This document shows positions 1 to 8,655 of a DNA stretch of 64,000 nucleotides, piece by piece. The notes beneath the pieces were generated by a model. The model had not been told where the DNA came from and did not search any database. It worked only from the letters and a program-made list of their open reading frames with translations. The number at the start of each line of letters is the position of its first letter. The first letter of the stretch is position 1. The translations under genes and the position numbers were made by a program. Source of the stretch: Candidatus Aenigmatarchaeota archaeon (lineage in GTDB: Archaea; Aenigmatarchaeota; Aenigmatarchaeia; JACPZZ01); assembly GCA_016180965.1 (NCBI GenBank), contig JACPAF010000002.1, forward strand, positions 1,278 to 65,277. The letters are read 5' to 3'.

Positions 1-1185
1 GTCGAACACGGCAAAACAACTTTATCCCAGGCGTTAAGCGGTAAATGGACAGGCACACATTCTGAAGAACAGAAGCGGGGATTAACGATTAAACTTGGCT
101 ATGCGGATGTAACTATTTACAAATGTGAAAAATGCGATAATCTTGAATCTTATTCCACCTCATCGAAATGTTTAAAACACGGCTCTGATTCTGTGCCATT
201 GCGCACAATAAGTTTAGTTGATGCTCCGGGACATGAAACTTTGATGGCGACTGTTTTGGCGGGCGCGTCATTAATGGACGGCGCCATTTTTGTCATTTCC
301 GCCAACCAGAAATGCCCGCAGCCGCAGACGCGCGAACATTTGATGGCGTTGAACATAACGGGCGTTGAAAAGATTGTTATCGTACAAAATAAAATCGATG
401 TGGTTGCGCCTGAAAAAGTGAAAGAAAATTACGAACAAATTAAAAATTTCGTCAGCGGTACGGTTGCTGAAAAGGCGCCGATAATTCCGATAAGCGCGCA
501 GCAGAGGATAAATCTTGACGCATTGATTGCGACTGTTGAAAAAGAAATACCTACTCCAAAGCGCGACCCGAAGAAAACCCCGAAGATGCTCGTCGTACGC
601 ACGTTCGACGTGAACAGGCCCGGATTTGTTCCCAGCAAACTGTCTGGAGGCGTTCTCGGAGGTTCGCTTTTGCAGGGCGAATTCAATGTCGGGGATGAAA
701 TTGAGATACGCCCGGGATTGAAGATTGAGCGTGAAAATAAAATTTTCTGGGAGCCTTTGTTCACGAAAATATCGGGTTTGCACAAGAGGAACATGTCTCT
801 TGATAGGGCAGGGCCCGGCGGGTTGATTGGATTGATGACAGAATTGGATCCTGCTTTGTCTAAAGCGGATTCGTTGGCCGGTTCCGTGGTCGGATATCCG
901 GGTAAGCTTCCTCCAGTTTTACACAAGCTGCACATAGAAACGGATTTGATGGAAACTATTATCGGGTCGGAAGAATCGATTAAAGTCGATAACATACGCA
1001 CAAACGAACCTCTGATGTTAACTATAGGAACGAGCCGTACTGTCGGTATAGTTACGTCTGCGAGAAAAGACGATTTTGAGATTTCTTTGAAGCTTCCTGT
1101 CTGCGTTGAAAAAGGCAACCGCGTGGCGATTTCGCGACAGATAGCAAACCGCTGGCGATTGATAGGATCTGGGCTGATAAAGTAA
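1..1185 (+). CDS. eif2g: translation initiation factor aIF2 gamma subunit (N-terminus outside window)
   Basis: Frame 1 is open from base 1. GTPase motifs are VEHGKTTL (G1), DAPGHE (G3) and QNKID (G4). The C-terminal beta-barrel domains are typical of e/aIF2-gamma. Confidence 0.9.
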   Translation, partial: VEHGKTTLSQALSGKWTGTHSEEQKRGLTIKLGYADVTIYKCEKCDNLESYSTSSKCLKHGSDSVPLRTISLVDAPGHETLMATVLAGASLMDGAIFVISANQKCPQPQTREHLMALNITGVEKIVIVQNKIDVVAPEKVKENYEQIKNFVSGTVAEKAPIIPISAQQRINLDALIATVEKEIPTPKRDPKKTPKMLVVRTFDVNRPGFVPSKLSGGVLGGSLLQGEFNVGDEIEIRPGLKIERENKIFWEPLFTKISGLHKRNMSLDRAGPGGLIGLMTELDPALSKADSLAGSVVGYPGKLPPVLHKLHIETDLMETIIGSEESIKVDNIRTNEPLMLTIGTSRTVGIVTSARKDDFEISLKLPVCVEKGNRVAISRQIANRWRLIGSGLIK

Positions 1186-1217
1186 CCTTTTAATAAGCAA
1201 TTCTTGAATTCTGGCTT

Positions 1218-1751
1218 ATGGTAACTACTTTAGGCAGGCCGACAACAGGAATTCAAATAAAACCGATCACAAGACTTTCGGAAGATGATGGCAGCGATGG
1301 AATAACCATGGAAGGCGGAGTGGTAGCGATTACTGAAAACCGCAAATTCTCAGGACTTGTCGGTTTTATGCTGGCCGAATCGTCAAGCGATTCAGCGATG
1401 CATAAGGTTGATCATTATCGGGTTAGCGAAGCTGCGCGCCGCGTTTTACAAACGAGATATACTGATGTACAGAAAACTGCGGATAGTGATGGGAGACCGT
1501 ATTACACACTCATGCGGAATGGCCTGATAATACCCGCGCCAAGCAGGATGCCTTATGAATATTGCCCTGTCGACGGTAAAGATTTTACCAGGGTAAGGAC
1601 TCTGTTATCCGGACCGGAAACTTTTGACCGCGGGCTTGCAGCAATTTACGATATTGTTACAGGTGCGAGGCCGAATATTTTTAAAATGAACGGCCATAAT
1701 TTAGAGATGCCCGAAGAGTATGCAAATTTGATACCGAGGACAAGGCAATGA
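1218..1751 (+). CDS. hypothetical protein, family A copy 1 (paralog of 3263-3853)
   Basis: 177-aa ORF with no family motif I recognise. It shares conserved blocks with the 3263-3853 product: ITEN..F.G..GF.LAE, HYR, PY.L.R, YE.C.V..DF..V.TLL..P..F..GL..Y..V, MP..YA. Its stop overlaps the next start (ATGA at 1748-1751). Confidence 0.6.
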   Translation: MVTTLGRPTTGIQIKPITRLSEDDGSDGITMEGGVVAITENRKFSGLVGFMLAESSSDSAMHKVDHYRVSEAARRVLQTRYTDVQKTADSDGRPYYTLMRNGLIIPAPSRMPYEYCPVDGKDFTRVRTLLSGPETFDRGLAAIYDIVTGARPNIFKMNGHNLEMPEEYANLIPRTRQ

Positions 1752-2566
1752 AAAAAATATCGTTAGTTGGCTGGGACGCCGACCGTGTGATCTATGACGA
1801 CCTTTTTACAAGTGTTTGCGCAATGCAGAGCAAATCGGATCCCATGCCCTACGTTGAAAAATTTATCAGAGACGGATGGTTTTCACTGGAGGACGTGGAA
1901 AATTGGTGCGCTATTAAGAAAATTAAAATTAAAACAATAGAACATCTTGCACAGATGCTTACGGAATTTTATTCCATATCAACAAAAAATGGCACGTCGA
2001 TAATTAACCACGAGCAGGTTATAGAAGCGAAACATTCTTTGTTGAGAGGATTTACGATAGAACAAATAGAGCAGATTTCAAGCAAGATGGTTTACACGAA
2101 AGGTTTTGTTGAGTGCGCCAATATTTTCAAGGATAACGGGATTAAGCAAACCATGTTCAGCGATGGGCCAAATCCTCATGTTCTTTTCCAGATTAAAAAA
2201 CTGGGTTTTCAATCCGGAGGAGGCGTTAACCATATAGTCGAGTATGACGGTAAAGAAGTTGAGTATGATTCTAACACACCAAAGCATGCGAAACTTACCG
2301 GGAAGATTGTACCGTTTGACAAGGCGGAAGCGTTTTTCAAATACGTTTCTTCACAAGGTTGTTCGCTTAGCGAAGTTGCGGTTATAGACGATTCCGCGGG
2401 CAATGTTGAGAGCTTGTTATTACCCGTTCATAATGCGGGCGGGTTGGCGGTTGGTTTTAATGTAACCGAGCGGCATAAACCAGTTTTTAGAAAATTCGGG
2501 ATACCTGTGATAAAGGGGAATGACCTTTCCACGTTCAAGGAAATAGTTTTAAATTTTTGTGATTGA
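1748..2566 (+). CDS. HAD-superfamily phosphatase (phosphoserine-phosphatase-like, with cap insertion)
   Basis: HAD motif I is WDADRV (DxDxV). Motif II is a Ser in MFSDGP, motif III a Lys in PFDKAE, and motif IV is IDDSAGN. It is translationally coupled to the upstream ORF. Confidence 0.6.
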   Translation: MKKISLVGWDADRVIYDDLFTSVCAMQSKSDPMPYVEKFIRDGWFSLEDVENWCAIKKIKIKTIEHLAQMLTEFYSISTKNGTSIINHEQVIEAKHSLLRGFTIEQIEQISSKMVYTKGFVECANIFKDNGIKQTMFSDGPNPHVLFQIKKLGFQSGGGVNHIVEYDGKEVEYDSNTPKHAKLTGKIVPFDKAEAFFKYVSSQGCSLSEVAVIDDSAGNVESLLLPVHNAGGLAVGFNVTERHKPVFRKFGIPVIKGNDLSTFKEIVLNFCD

Positions 2567-2567
2567 T

Positions 2568-3182
2568 ATGAAAACCATTTTAGCCACAGATATAGTAGGA
2601 TCGGATTTTGCCAGAGGAGTTTATCAATCGACTGTATTGGGTTACGTGTCCAGAAATGGCAACGGCAAAGAGATCTTGGTGGCTGAAAGACGCAAGCCTG
2701 ACGATCCGTTAAGAGCGGGCCAATTGGTGATACCCGGAGGCGGCACGGAAAAGCAGGATGTTGTTTATGCGGCACAGCGTGAGGTTTTAGAAGAAACCGG
2801 TGTAGAGACCAAATCTTTGGGAATTTTTACATTTTCCGGGCTGGTTCACACAATTTTGAGGGATGGAAAATATGCGACAGTTGTCATACAACCCCCTACG
2901 AAACTATGGATACGTTACAAAGATTCCGGAAAATGTTATACGGGTTATATCGTGCGATTAAAACCGTTATCGGAACCGAAAAACATGGAGAGCGATGCAG
3001 CCAATCCCAGATATATGTGTCTTGATCAGGCGCTTGAAGAAATCGACAAATTCACACCCGGTTCCGGAGTGGCGCTTGAGATGATAGGGTCTGAAGAGTT
3101 TGGTACAAACCCTGTGAAAAATGACGATGTGATCATTGACGAGGACATACCGCTGGGTGATTTGTTAAAAGTGATTTATTGA
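2568..3182 (+). CDS. Nudix hydrolase
   Basis: Nudix box IPGGGTEKQDVVYAAQREVLEETGVE. The ATG at 2568 follows the Shine-Dalgarno-like GTGATTGAT. The track start at 2559 is a GTG inside that SD. Confidence 0.8.
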   Translation: MKTILATDIVGSDFARGVYQSTVLGYVSRNGNGKEILVAERRKPDDPLRAGQLVIPGGGTEKQDVVYAAQREVLEETGVETKSLGIFTFSGLVHTILRDGKYATVVIQPPTKLWIRYKDSGKCYTGYIVRLKPLSEPKNMESDAANPRYMCLDQALEEIDKFTPGSGVALEMIGSEEFGTNPVKNDDVIIDEDIPLGDLLKVIY

Positions 3183-3262
3183 GTGATTTTATGTTTTTTT
3201 TGAGCGGATAGTTTTAAATCCTATAAGATAAGCTTTTAATACTTAGCTCCAAATTCTGGTTC

Positions 3263-3853
3263 ATGGCAATCGGCGTTTTGGAAAAGCTCGAACGGGAATT
3301 AGGTACAGAAACATCTCCCGAAAGGAGAACTGTCACGCAACGCAGCGAAACAGCAGGCGGTTTGCAGTTCAATTCGATAACCATAATAGAAAATCCTTTT
3401 CAGGGAGGTGTCATAGGTTTTATTTTGTCGGAAGGATACCAAAGGAAACCCGGCATCGGCGAGGTAGAGCTTTCGCGTGTCGGCCATTACAGAGGATTTG
3501 TGCTTAGCGGAAACAGTTTGCAGGTTCCCAGACATTATGACAGCGCTACGATAATGAAAGGGTTTGACGAATTTCCGTACAGTCTTATTCGAGCCGATAA
3601 ACGCGTTTTGTACAGGCCAAGCAAAACGAATTACGAAGTGTGTTTCGTGCCTTCGGAAGACTTTATTGGTGTCAAGACATTACTTGGTGCACCAAACAGT
3701 TTTCGCGACGGACTCGAAACCGTTTATAGGATGGTATCAGCCAATTCGAAATCAGGAATGTTTTCTCTCGAAGATGGAAAACTTAAAATGCCGAAAGATT
3801 ACGCTGCGATGGGAATGCCTGGCGAGTTTACTAAATATTCAAAACGTACCTAA
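3263..3853 (+). CDS. hypothetical protein, family A copy 2 (paralog of 1218-1751)
   Basis: 196-aa ORF that shares conserved blocks with 1218-1751. Its upstream CTTTTAATA...AATTCTGG(T/C)T(C/T)ATGG closely resembles the region upstream of 1218. Confidence 0.6.
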   Translation: MAIGVLEKLERELGTETSPERRTVTQRSETAGGLQFNSITIIENPFQGGVIGFILSEGYQRKPGIGEVELSRVGHYRGFVLSGNSLQVPRHYDSATIMKGFDEFPYSLIRADKRVLYRPSKTNYEVCFVPSEDFIGVKTLLGAPNSFRDGLETVYRMVSANSKSGMFSLEDGKLKMPKDYAAMGMPGEFTKYSKRT

Positions 3854-3876
3854 AAATTAAGACTTTTGTGATTGAC

Positions 3877-4869
3877 ATGTACCAAATTGACGATTCCAGG
3901 ATGCCTGTGAGGCTTGGTTCAGCGTTGCGTGTGCCTAAACACGCATACGGTGCGTGGGGAATAAAAGGCGATTCTGACGAATTAAGAAAGTTAAGCGAAG
4001 AAGCCTATACGGTTGAATGGGTAAACGGCTCACCGCGGCAAATGCAGTATGTGTCAGATGCAATGAGGCGGGCTGGTTACAAGGATTTTCCGCAGATGCT
4101 TCGTGATGCGAATGCCAACGAGGTTGCAAGGCTGGTTAGAAACCGCAAGGGTTTAGTTAATGTTTTTGACGTTGGCGCTGGTTTGAGCACTATTTCTATT
4201 TTCAACGCATTGGACGAAGACGATAAAAACAGGGCTTGGATAACTATGATCGAACCTTCGAGAGAAAGATTGATGTCGGCTGCTGACACTCTGCAGCGAA
4301 AAGGTTTTCGTAATTACACCCCTATTGTAGGGACTGATATGCAAAGATTGGAAGAGGCTTCGTGGCGTTCAAAACCTGATGTAGTCAGTTATGTAGCTGC
4401 GATCCATCATCATTCCGATTTGCGACCGCCGATGAGACTTGCTTATAAAGTTCTTCAAAATTTAGGTAATTTAGTAATCGCGGATTGGCATAACCCTATG
4501 TGGGAGCATCCTAACAGGGTCTATGAATTCTTGAAAATAAAGAACTGGGAAACCAAGGACCGCGATCTGAAAGCGTTTGCTAGTATGTTCCCCGATGCCA
4601 CTGTCCCTGCACCAATAATCCGAAACCCTTATGAAGCCCGTGCGATGCGGATGATACAGGATTTCTGGGATGGTTGGGGTTTAATCAGGACAGATGCGAT
4701 TAAGCGCGGTGAGTTTGAGCCGCGCGACGATATTTTCATGCTTGAAGGGCACAGGACTTTGCCAATGCAAAGGGGCGATGCGCTTAGATCAGGTTTTTTT
4801 GTTGAGAATGAGAGGCAGCTTCTTGAAGATTCGGCATTATTGGCTGTCAGCACTTATCGAAAGGTTTGA
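3877..4869 (+). CDS. class I SAM-dependent methyltransferase-like protein
   Basis: Motif I-like VFDVGAGLSTISIF is followed by an acidic loop (MIEPS) and a post-motif LVIADW. The ATG at 3877 is preceded by SD-like GTGATTGAC. The function call is weak. Confidence 0.45.
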   Translation: MYQIDDSRMPVRLGSALRVPKHAYGAWGIKGDSDELRKLSEEAYTVEWVNGSPRQMQYVSDAMRRAGYKDFPQMLRDANANEVARLVRNRKGLVNVFDVGAGLSTISIFNALDEDDKNRAWITMIEPSRERLMSAADTLQRKGFRNYTPIVGTDMQRLEEASWRSKPDVVSYVAAIHHHSDLRPPMRLAYKVLQNLGNLVIADWHNPMWEHPNRVYEFLKIKNWETKDRDLKAFASMFPDATVPAPIIRNPYEARAMRMIQDFWDGWGLIRTDAIKRGEFEPRDDIFMLEGHRTLPMQRGDALRSGFFVENERQLLEDSALLAVSTYRKV

Positions 4870-4912
4870 AATCAGGTTTTTAAACCAAATTCCTAAATAA
4901 TTAATCGGTTAC

Positions 4913-5872
4913 ATGAAGACGAAAGTTGTATCTGTGGCTTACCCGACCATACCTATAGTTTTCTTGGGCGGCATACGGCCTGACAGGAGACCAATTTATA
5001 ACACGATGGGTTTGGCTGTTACGGATTTAGACGAGAATGTTAGGACAGAGACGACGATAAAAATTGTGGACAAGAAAAATGGGATAAAGTTTACGCTTGG
5101 CGGCAAGCCTGTTGAAGGAAAACGAAATGAGGATACGATAAATTCGATAAAGTCTTTTTTAAAGGATAAAAAAATTGACGTTGGTCTGGAAATAGATTCC
5201 ACCAATTACAACATTAAAGGCGGAAGCAGCGATTCCGGGCTAGCTGCGCTTTTTTCCGGTTTGAACGAAATTTTAGGAACGAAAATGAAGGTTGATGAGG
5301 TTTCTAAATACGCGATGCGCGGTTCCGAATCTGCTATAAGATCGGTTTACGGAGGGTTAAGCAAAATTGTTGTTGATGAACCGGAAATGCACGGTATCGC
5401 AGTGGCATCAGCCAAAGATTTGGATGGCATAAGGATTTTCACAGTTTGTTTCGACTACCCGAGCCGCATAACCGCGGATGAAATACACGCTGCTATAGTA
5501 ACGCATCCTTGGTATAACTATCGCGTTAACCGCATCCCGTTATGGATAAAAAATATTGAGAATGCGATTAAAAAGAAAGATTTTTTGGCTGTGTTAAAAA
5601 ACGCGGAAGAGAACATACGCAATGCGCATTATTTACTCGAGGATGTGGGTTTGCGTGTGCGGCGAAAAAAGATAATGGACTGCTGGATTGACGCCGAGGA
5701 AATGCGAGCCAGCGGGCTTCATGCATATTGCTTGCAGGGCGGGGGCAACCTGGTTTCGGTTGTGTGTTTGAAAGAGCAGGCCGATAAAGTTTATGCAGAA
5801 CTGGTTGCAAGGGGATGGGCGCCTTTGAAATATAAAGTTGCGAGCGGGCCGAAGATAATCAGGAGCGAATGA
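4913..5872 (+). CDS. mevalonate-3-kinase-like protein (diphosphomevalonate decarboxylase/GHMP family)
   Basis: N-terminal VAYPTIPIVFLGGI, GGSSDSGLAALFSGL (GHMP motif II-like), RGSESAIRSVYGGL and FDYPSRITADEIHAAIV. From memory these match the blocks of the Thermoplasma acidophilum mevalonate-3-kinase. Confidence 0.55.
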   Translation: MKTKVVSVAYPTIPIVFLGGIRPDRRPIYNTMGLAVTDLDENVRTETTIKIVDKKNGIKFTLGGKPVEGKRNEDTINSIKSFLKDKKIDVGLEIDSTNYNIKGGSSDSGLAALFSGLNEILGTKMKVDEVSKYAMRGSESAIRSVYGGLSKIVVDEPEMHGIAVASAKDLDGIRIFTVCFDYPSRITADEIHAAIVTHPWYNYRVNRIPLWIKNIENAIKKKDFLAVLKNAEENIRNAHYLLEDVGLRVRRKKIMDCWIDAEEMRASGLHAYCLQGGGNLVSVVCLKEQADKVYAELVARGWAPLKYKVASGPKIIRSE

Positions 5873-5873
5873 A

Positions 5874-6705
5874 ATGCTTTACGGCGGCAAAGATTCAATT
5901 TTACTTTGTACCGGCTTGGGGTTGGATAAATTATCCGGTTTATTTGGTAAAAACGAAATTTATGTTGAAAATACATTGAAAAAAATCGGGAAGAAATATT
6001 TTGAACGTTATGTTATTTTCAATAAATACAAGAAACTGGTCGAAAAGGGTAAATTAAAAGAACCGATAATACCGATAATAGCTGCTATGCCGTGTGTTGG
6101 TAAAACTACAATGGCGCGTGAAATCGCGACCGCGTTCGGAATTGGAAACGTGATCGGTGGCGATGCTTTTCGTTCTGCGCTGCGTGATTTTTTTTCCAAG
6201 GAAAAAAATCCGGAATTTTTCACATCTGTTTATGATGCGTGGAAATTTTTTGGGGAGAAAAATAACGAAAACATAATCAAAGGTTTTGAGGCGCAGGCTA
6301 AGATAATGAATCAAACCATAGAGCGCATGGTCGCGGACCGCGGGATCAGGGACGGCGAGTCGATGGTTTTAGGTTTTAAATTATCCAAGCGTGATCCCGA
6401 TAGTTTTGAGATTGAATTCCGAAAAAATCCATAAGGACCGCATAGGCATGAGGGATCGGAAGACGCATCTGAAAGGAGATTCGTTGAGATTGTTAGACGC
6501 CATTGATACATATAGAATAATGCAGGATTACCAGTGCAACGATGCGAAGAAAAACGGCGTGCCTGTAATTGCGACGGATGATTGGGAGAAGGCCCAAGAT
6601 GAAATATTTACAATAATATCCCAGAAAATTAAAAATTTGGTCGGTTCTAAAAGCCTTAAAGAACCCGAAAAGCTTAGTAAATTAAGATCGGAGAGGAAAT
6701 TGTGA
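5874..6705 (+). pseudogene. 2-phosphoglycerate-kinase-like kinase (mevalonate-3-phosphate-5-kinase-like), split by a frameshift
   Basis: P-loop AAMPCVGKTTMAREIA, then GGDAFRSALRDF and SVYDAW as in 2PGK-like kinases. The reading frame switches from frame 3 (5874-6434) to frame 1 (6391-6705) near 6366-6395. The C-terminal part, KIHKDRIGMRDR...IMQDY...GVPVI, continues the family. The expected EGVH segment after GESMVL is missing. Confidence 0.55.
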
Positions 6706-7685
6706 AATCGACGGCTATTGCGAATTCAAACACGGCTTTGGTCAAATACTGGGGAAAATACGACGAGAAATTGATTTTGCCGATGAACGGCAGCATTTCC
6801 ATGACTGTGGATAAACTAAATACGACAACAACCGTGGAATTTTCAAGCGATTATAAAAATGATTTGGTCGAATTGAACGGTAAGAAGGCAGAAGGCAAGG
6901 AATCGGAAAGAGTAATTGAACACATAGATATGATACGTAAAATTTCCAAATTGGATGAAAAAGCGAAAGTTGCATCGAAAAATAATTTTTTGACTGCGGC
7001 GGGTTTGGCGTCGTCGGCTTCCGGTTTCGCAGCGCTTACAATTGCTGCTTGCAGCGCTGCGGGTTTGGAGTTGGATAAAAAAGAGCTTTCAATCATTGCG
7101 AGGCAAGGCTCCGGGTCGTCGTGCCGTTCTATATTCGGGGGTTATGTTGAGTGGTTGGCAGCGAAAACCTCCGAGAAATCTTATGCCAAACAAATAGCCG
7201 ATGAGAATTATTTTGATATCAGGGACATAGCGGTTGTCGTAGAGGCTGCAAAACGCAAACACGGTACACGTGAAAGCATGCAAGCCAGCGTGCGAACTTG
7301 CCCGTTATACGATGCGAGATTGTCGGCTGTGGAGAAAAATTTGAAAATCGTAAGGAAAGCGGTTTTGGACAAGGATTTTACAAGCTTGGGAAAAACAGCG
7401 GAGTTTGATTCCTTATTGATGCACGCTATCGCATTGACTACGACACCTACGATATTGAACTGGTCGGCGGGCACGATTTCCGTCATGCATGCTGTGCAGG
7501 ACTGGCGAGCCGAAGGCATAGAATGCTATTACACCATTGATACAGGTGCGCATGTGCACATACTTTCATTACCGGAGAATTGCAGGGAAATTATTAAGCG
7601 GGTTAAACTCATCGGCAGTGTGATTGATGTCATTGAAAACAAGCCCGGCAAAGGGGCGGAGACAATCAATAAACATCTTTTTTGA
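6702..7685 (+). CDS. mevalonate-pathway decarboxylase (diphospho-, phospho- or bisphosphomevalonate decarboxylase family)
   Basis: NTALVKYWGK, AAGLASSASGFAALT, RQGSGSSCRSIFGG. GTG start with upstream GGAGAGG, and a GTGA overlap with the preceding ORF. Confidence 0.8.
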   Translation: MKSTAIANSNTALVKYWGKYDEKLILPMNGSISMTVDKLNTTTTVEFSSDYKNDLVELNGKKAEGKESERVIEHIDMIRKISKLDEKAKVASKNNFLTAAGLASSASGFAALTIAACSAAGLELDKKELSIIARQGSGSSCRSIFGGYVEWLAAKTSEKSYAKQIADENYFDIRDIAVVVEAAKRKHGTRESMQASVRTCPLYDARLSAVEKNLKIVRKAVLDKDFTSLGKTAEFDSLLMHAIALTTTPTILNWSAGTISVMHAVQDWRAEGIECYYTIDTGAHVHILSLPENCREIIKRVKLIGSVIDVIENKPGKGAETINKHLF

Positions 7686-7693
7686 GTGATTTT

Positions 7694-8623
7694 ATGATAA
7701 TAACGTCGGCTCCCGGCAAGCTTGTTCTGTTTGGCGAACATGCTTCCAGGCACGGTAAACCTATTTTAGTCCAAGCGGTAGATAGCAGGGTTTATGCCAT
7801 CTTAAAGCCGAGAAAAGATAGCCAGATTTTTTTGACGTCCAATAAATACGATGTGGTGAAGGAGAAATGGCCGACAAAAAAATTAGATATATTGTCCGCG
7901 GCCATAGAAAAACTGGTTGAGAAAGCAGGCGAGAAAAAGGGTTTTGACCTCGAAATAAAATCGGACGTCACATCGGGCACGGGATCTTCGAACGCGGTCA
8001 CGGTCGCAGCCATCGGAGCGTTAAACGAATATTTCAACATCAAAATGGATAAAAAGCAAATTGTTGATATCGCGTTCCAGGCCAGTTCCGGGGTCACAGG
8101 TTACGGGAGCGGTATGGATGTCGCAGCTTCGACATACGGCGGGATAATATATTATATCAAAGGAAAAGTGACGCGTGTAGTTACTAACGAGGACATTCCG
8201 ATAATCGTCGGCAATACGGGGATAAAGGCGAAGAGCGGGCCGATAATCAAAGCTGTCCAGCAGTTAGAACAAAAATATCCCACCCTGTTGACGGTTTTCA
8301 TAGATAAGATTGGTGAAATAGTGGACGAAGCGGAGAAGGCGATAAGGACTAAAGACTGGCGCACATTGGGTGAATTAATGAACATTAACCACGGGCTTTT
8401 GTCGGCAATGGGCGTCAGTTCCATAAATCTTGAAAAATTGATTTTTGCTTCGCGCGGGGCCGGGGCGTTGGGTGCTAAATTATCGGGCGCTGGTATAGGA
8501 GATAACATGATAGCGATTGCACCCGAAAAGGGCAGGCAAGTGTCAAACGCTATCAAAAGGGCCGGGGGCAAGATTTTGCCGGTCAAAATAGGCGAAGGTT
8601 TGCGCTTGGAAAAGAGCGATTAA
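7694..8623 (+). CDS. mvk: mevalonate kinase
   Basis: SAPGKLVLFGEHA, GTGSSNAVTVA (GHMP motif), KLSGAGIGDNMIAI. ATG at 7694 follows SD-like GAGTGAT. The track start at 7682 is a TTG. Confidence 0.85.
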   Translation: MIITSAPGKLVLFGEHASRHGKPILVQAVDSRVYAILKPRKDSQIFLTSNKYDVVKEKWPTKKLDILSAAIEKLVEKAGEKKGFDLEIKSDVTSGTGSSNAVTVAAIGALNEYFNIKMDKKQIVDIAFQASSGVTGYGSGMDVAASTYGGIIYYIKGKVTRVVTNEDIPIIVGNTGIKAKSGPIIKAVQQLEQKYPTLLTVFIDKIGEIVDEAEKAIRTKDWRTLGELMNINHGLLSAMGVSSINLEKLIFASRGAGALGAKLSGAGIGDNMIAIAPEKGRQVSNAIKRAGGKILPVKIGEGLRLEKSD

Positions 8624-8655
8624 ATATTATCTACCCATTAACCGTACTATTAAGT

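Noticed and set aside
6391-6705. The 104-aa ORF as an independent gene.
   Set aside because: Its sequence is the C-terminal continuation of the 2PGK-like kinase family. Its apparent Met start lies inside the overlap with the upstream frame. It is merged into one frameshifted gene.
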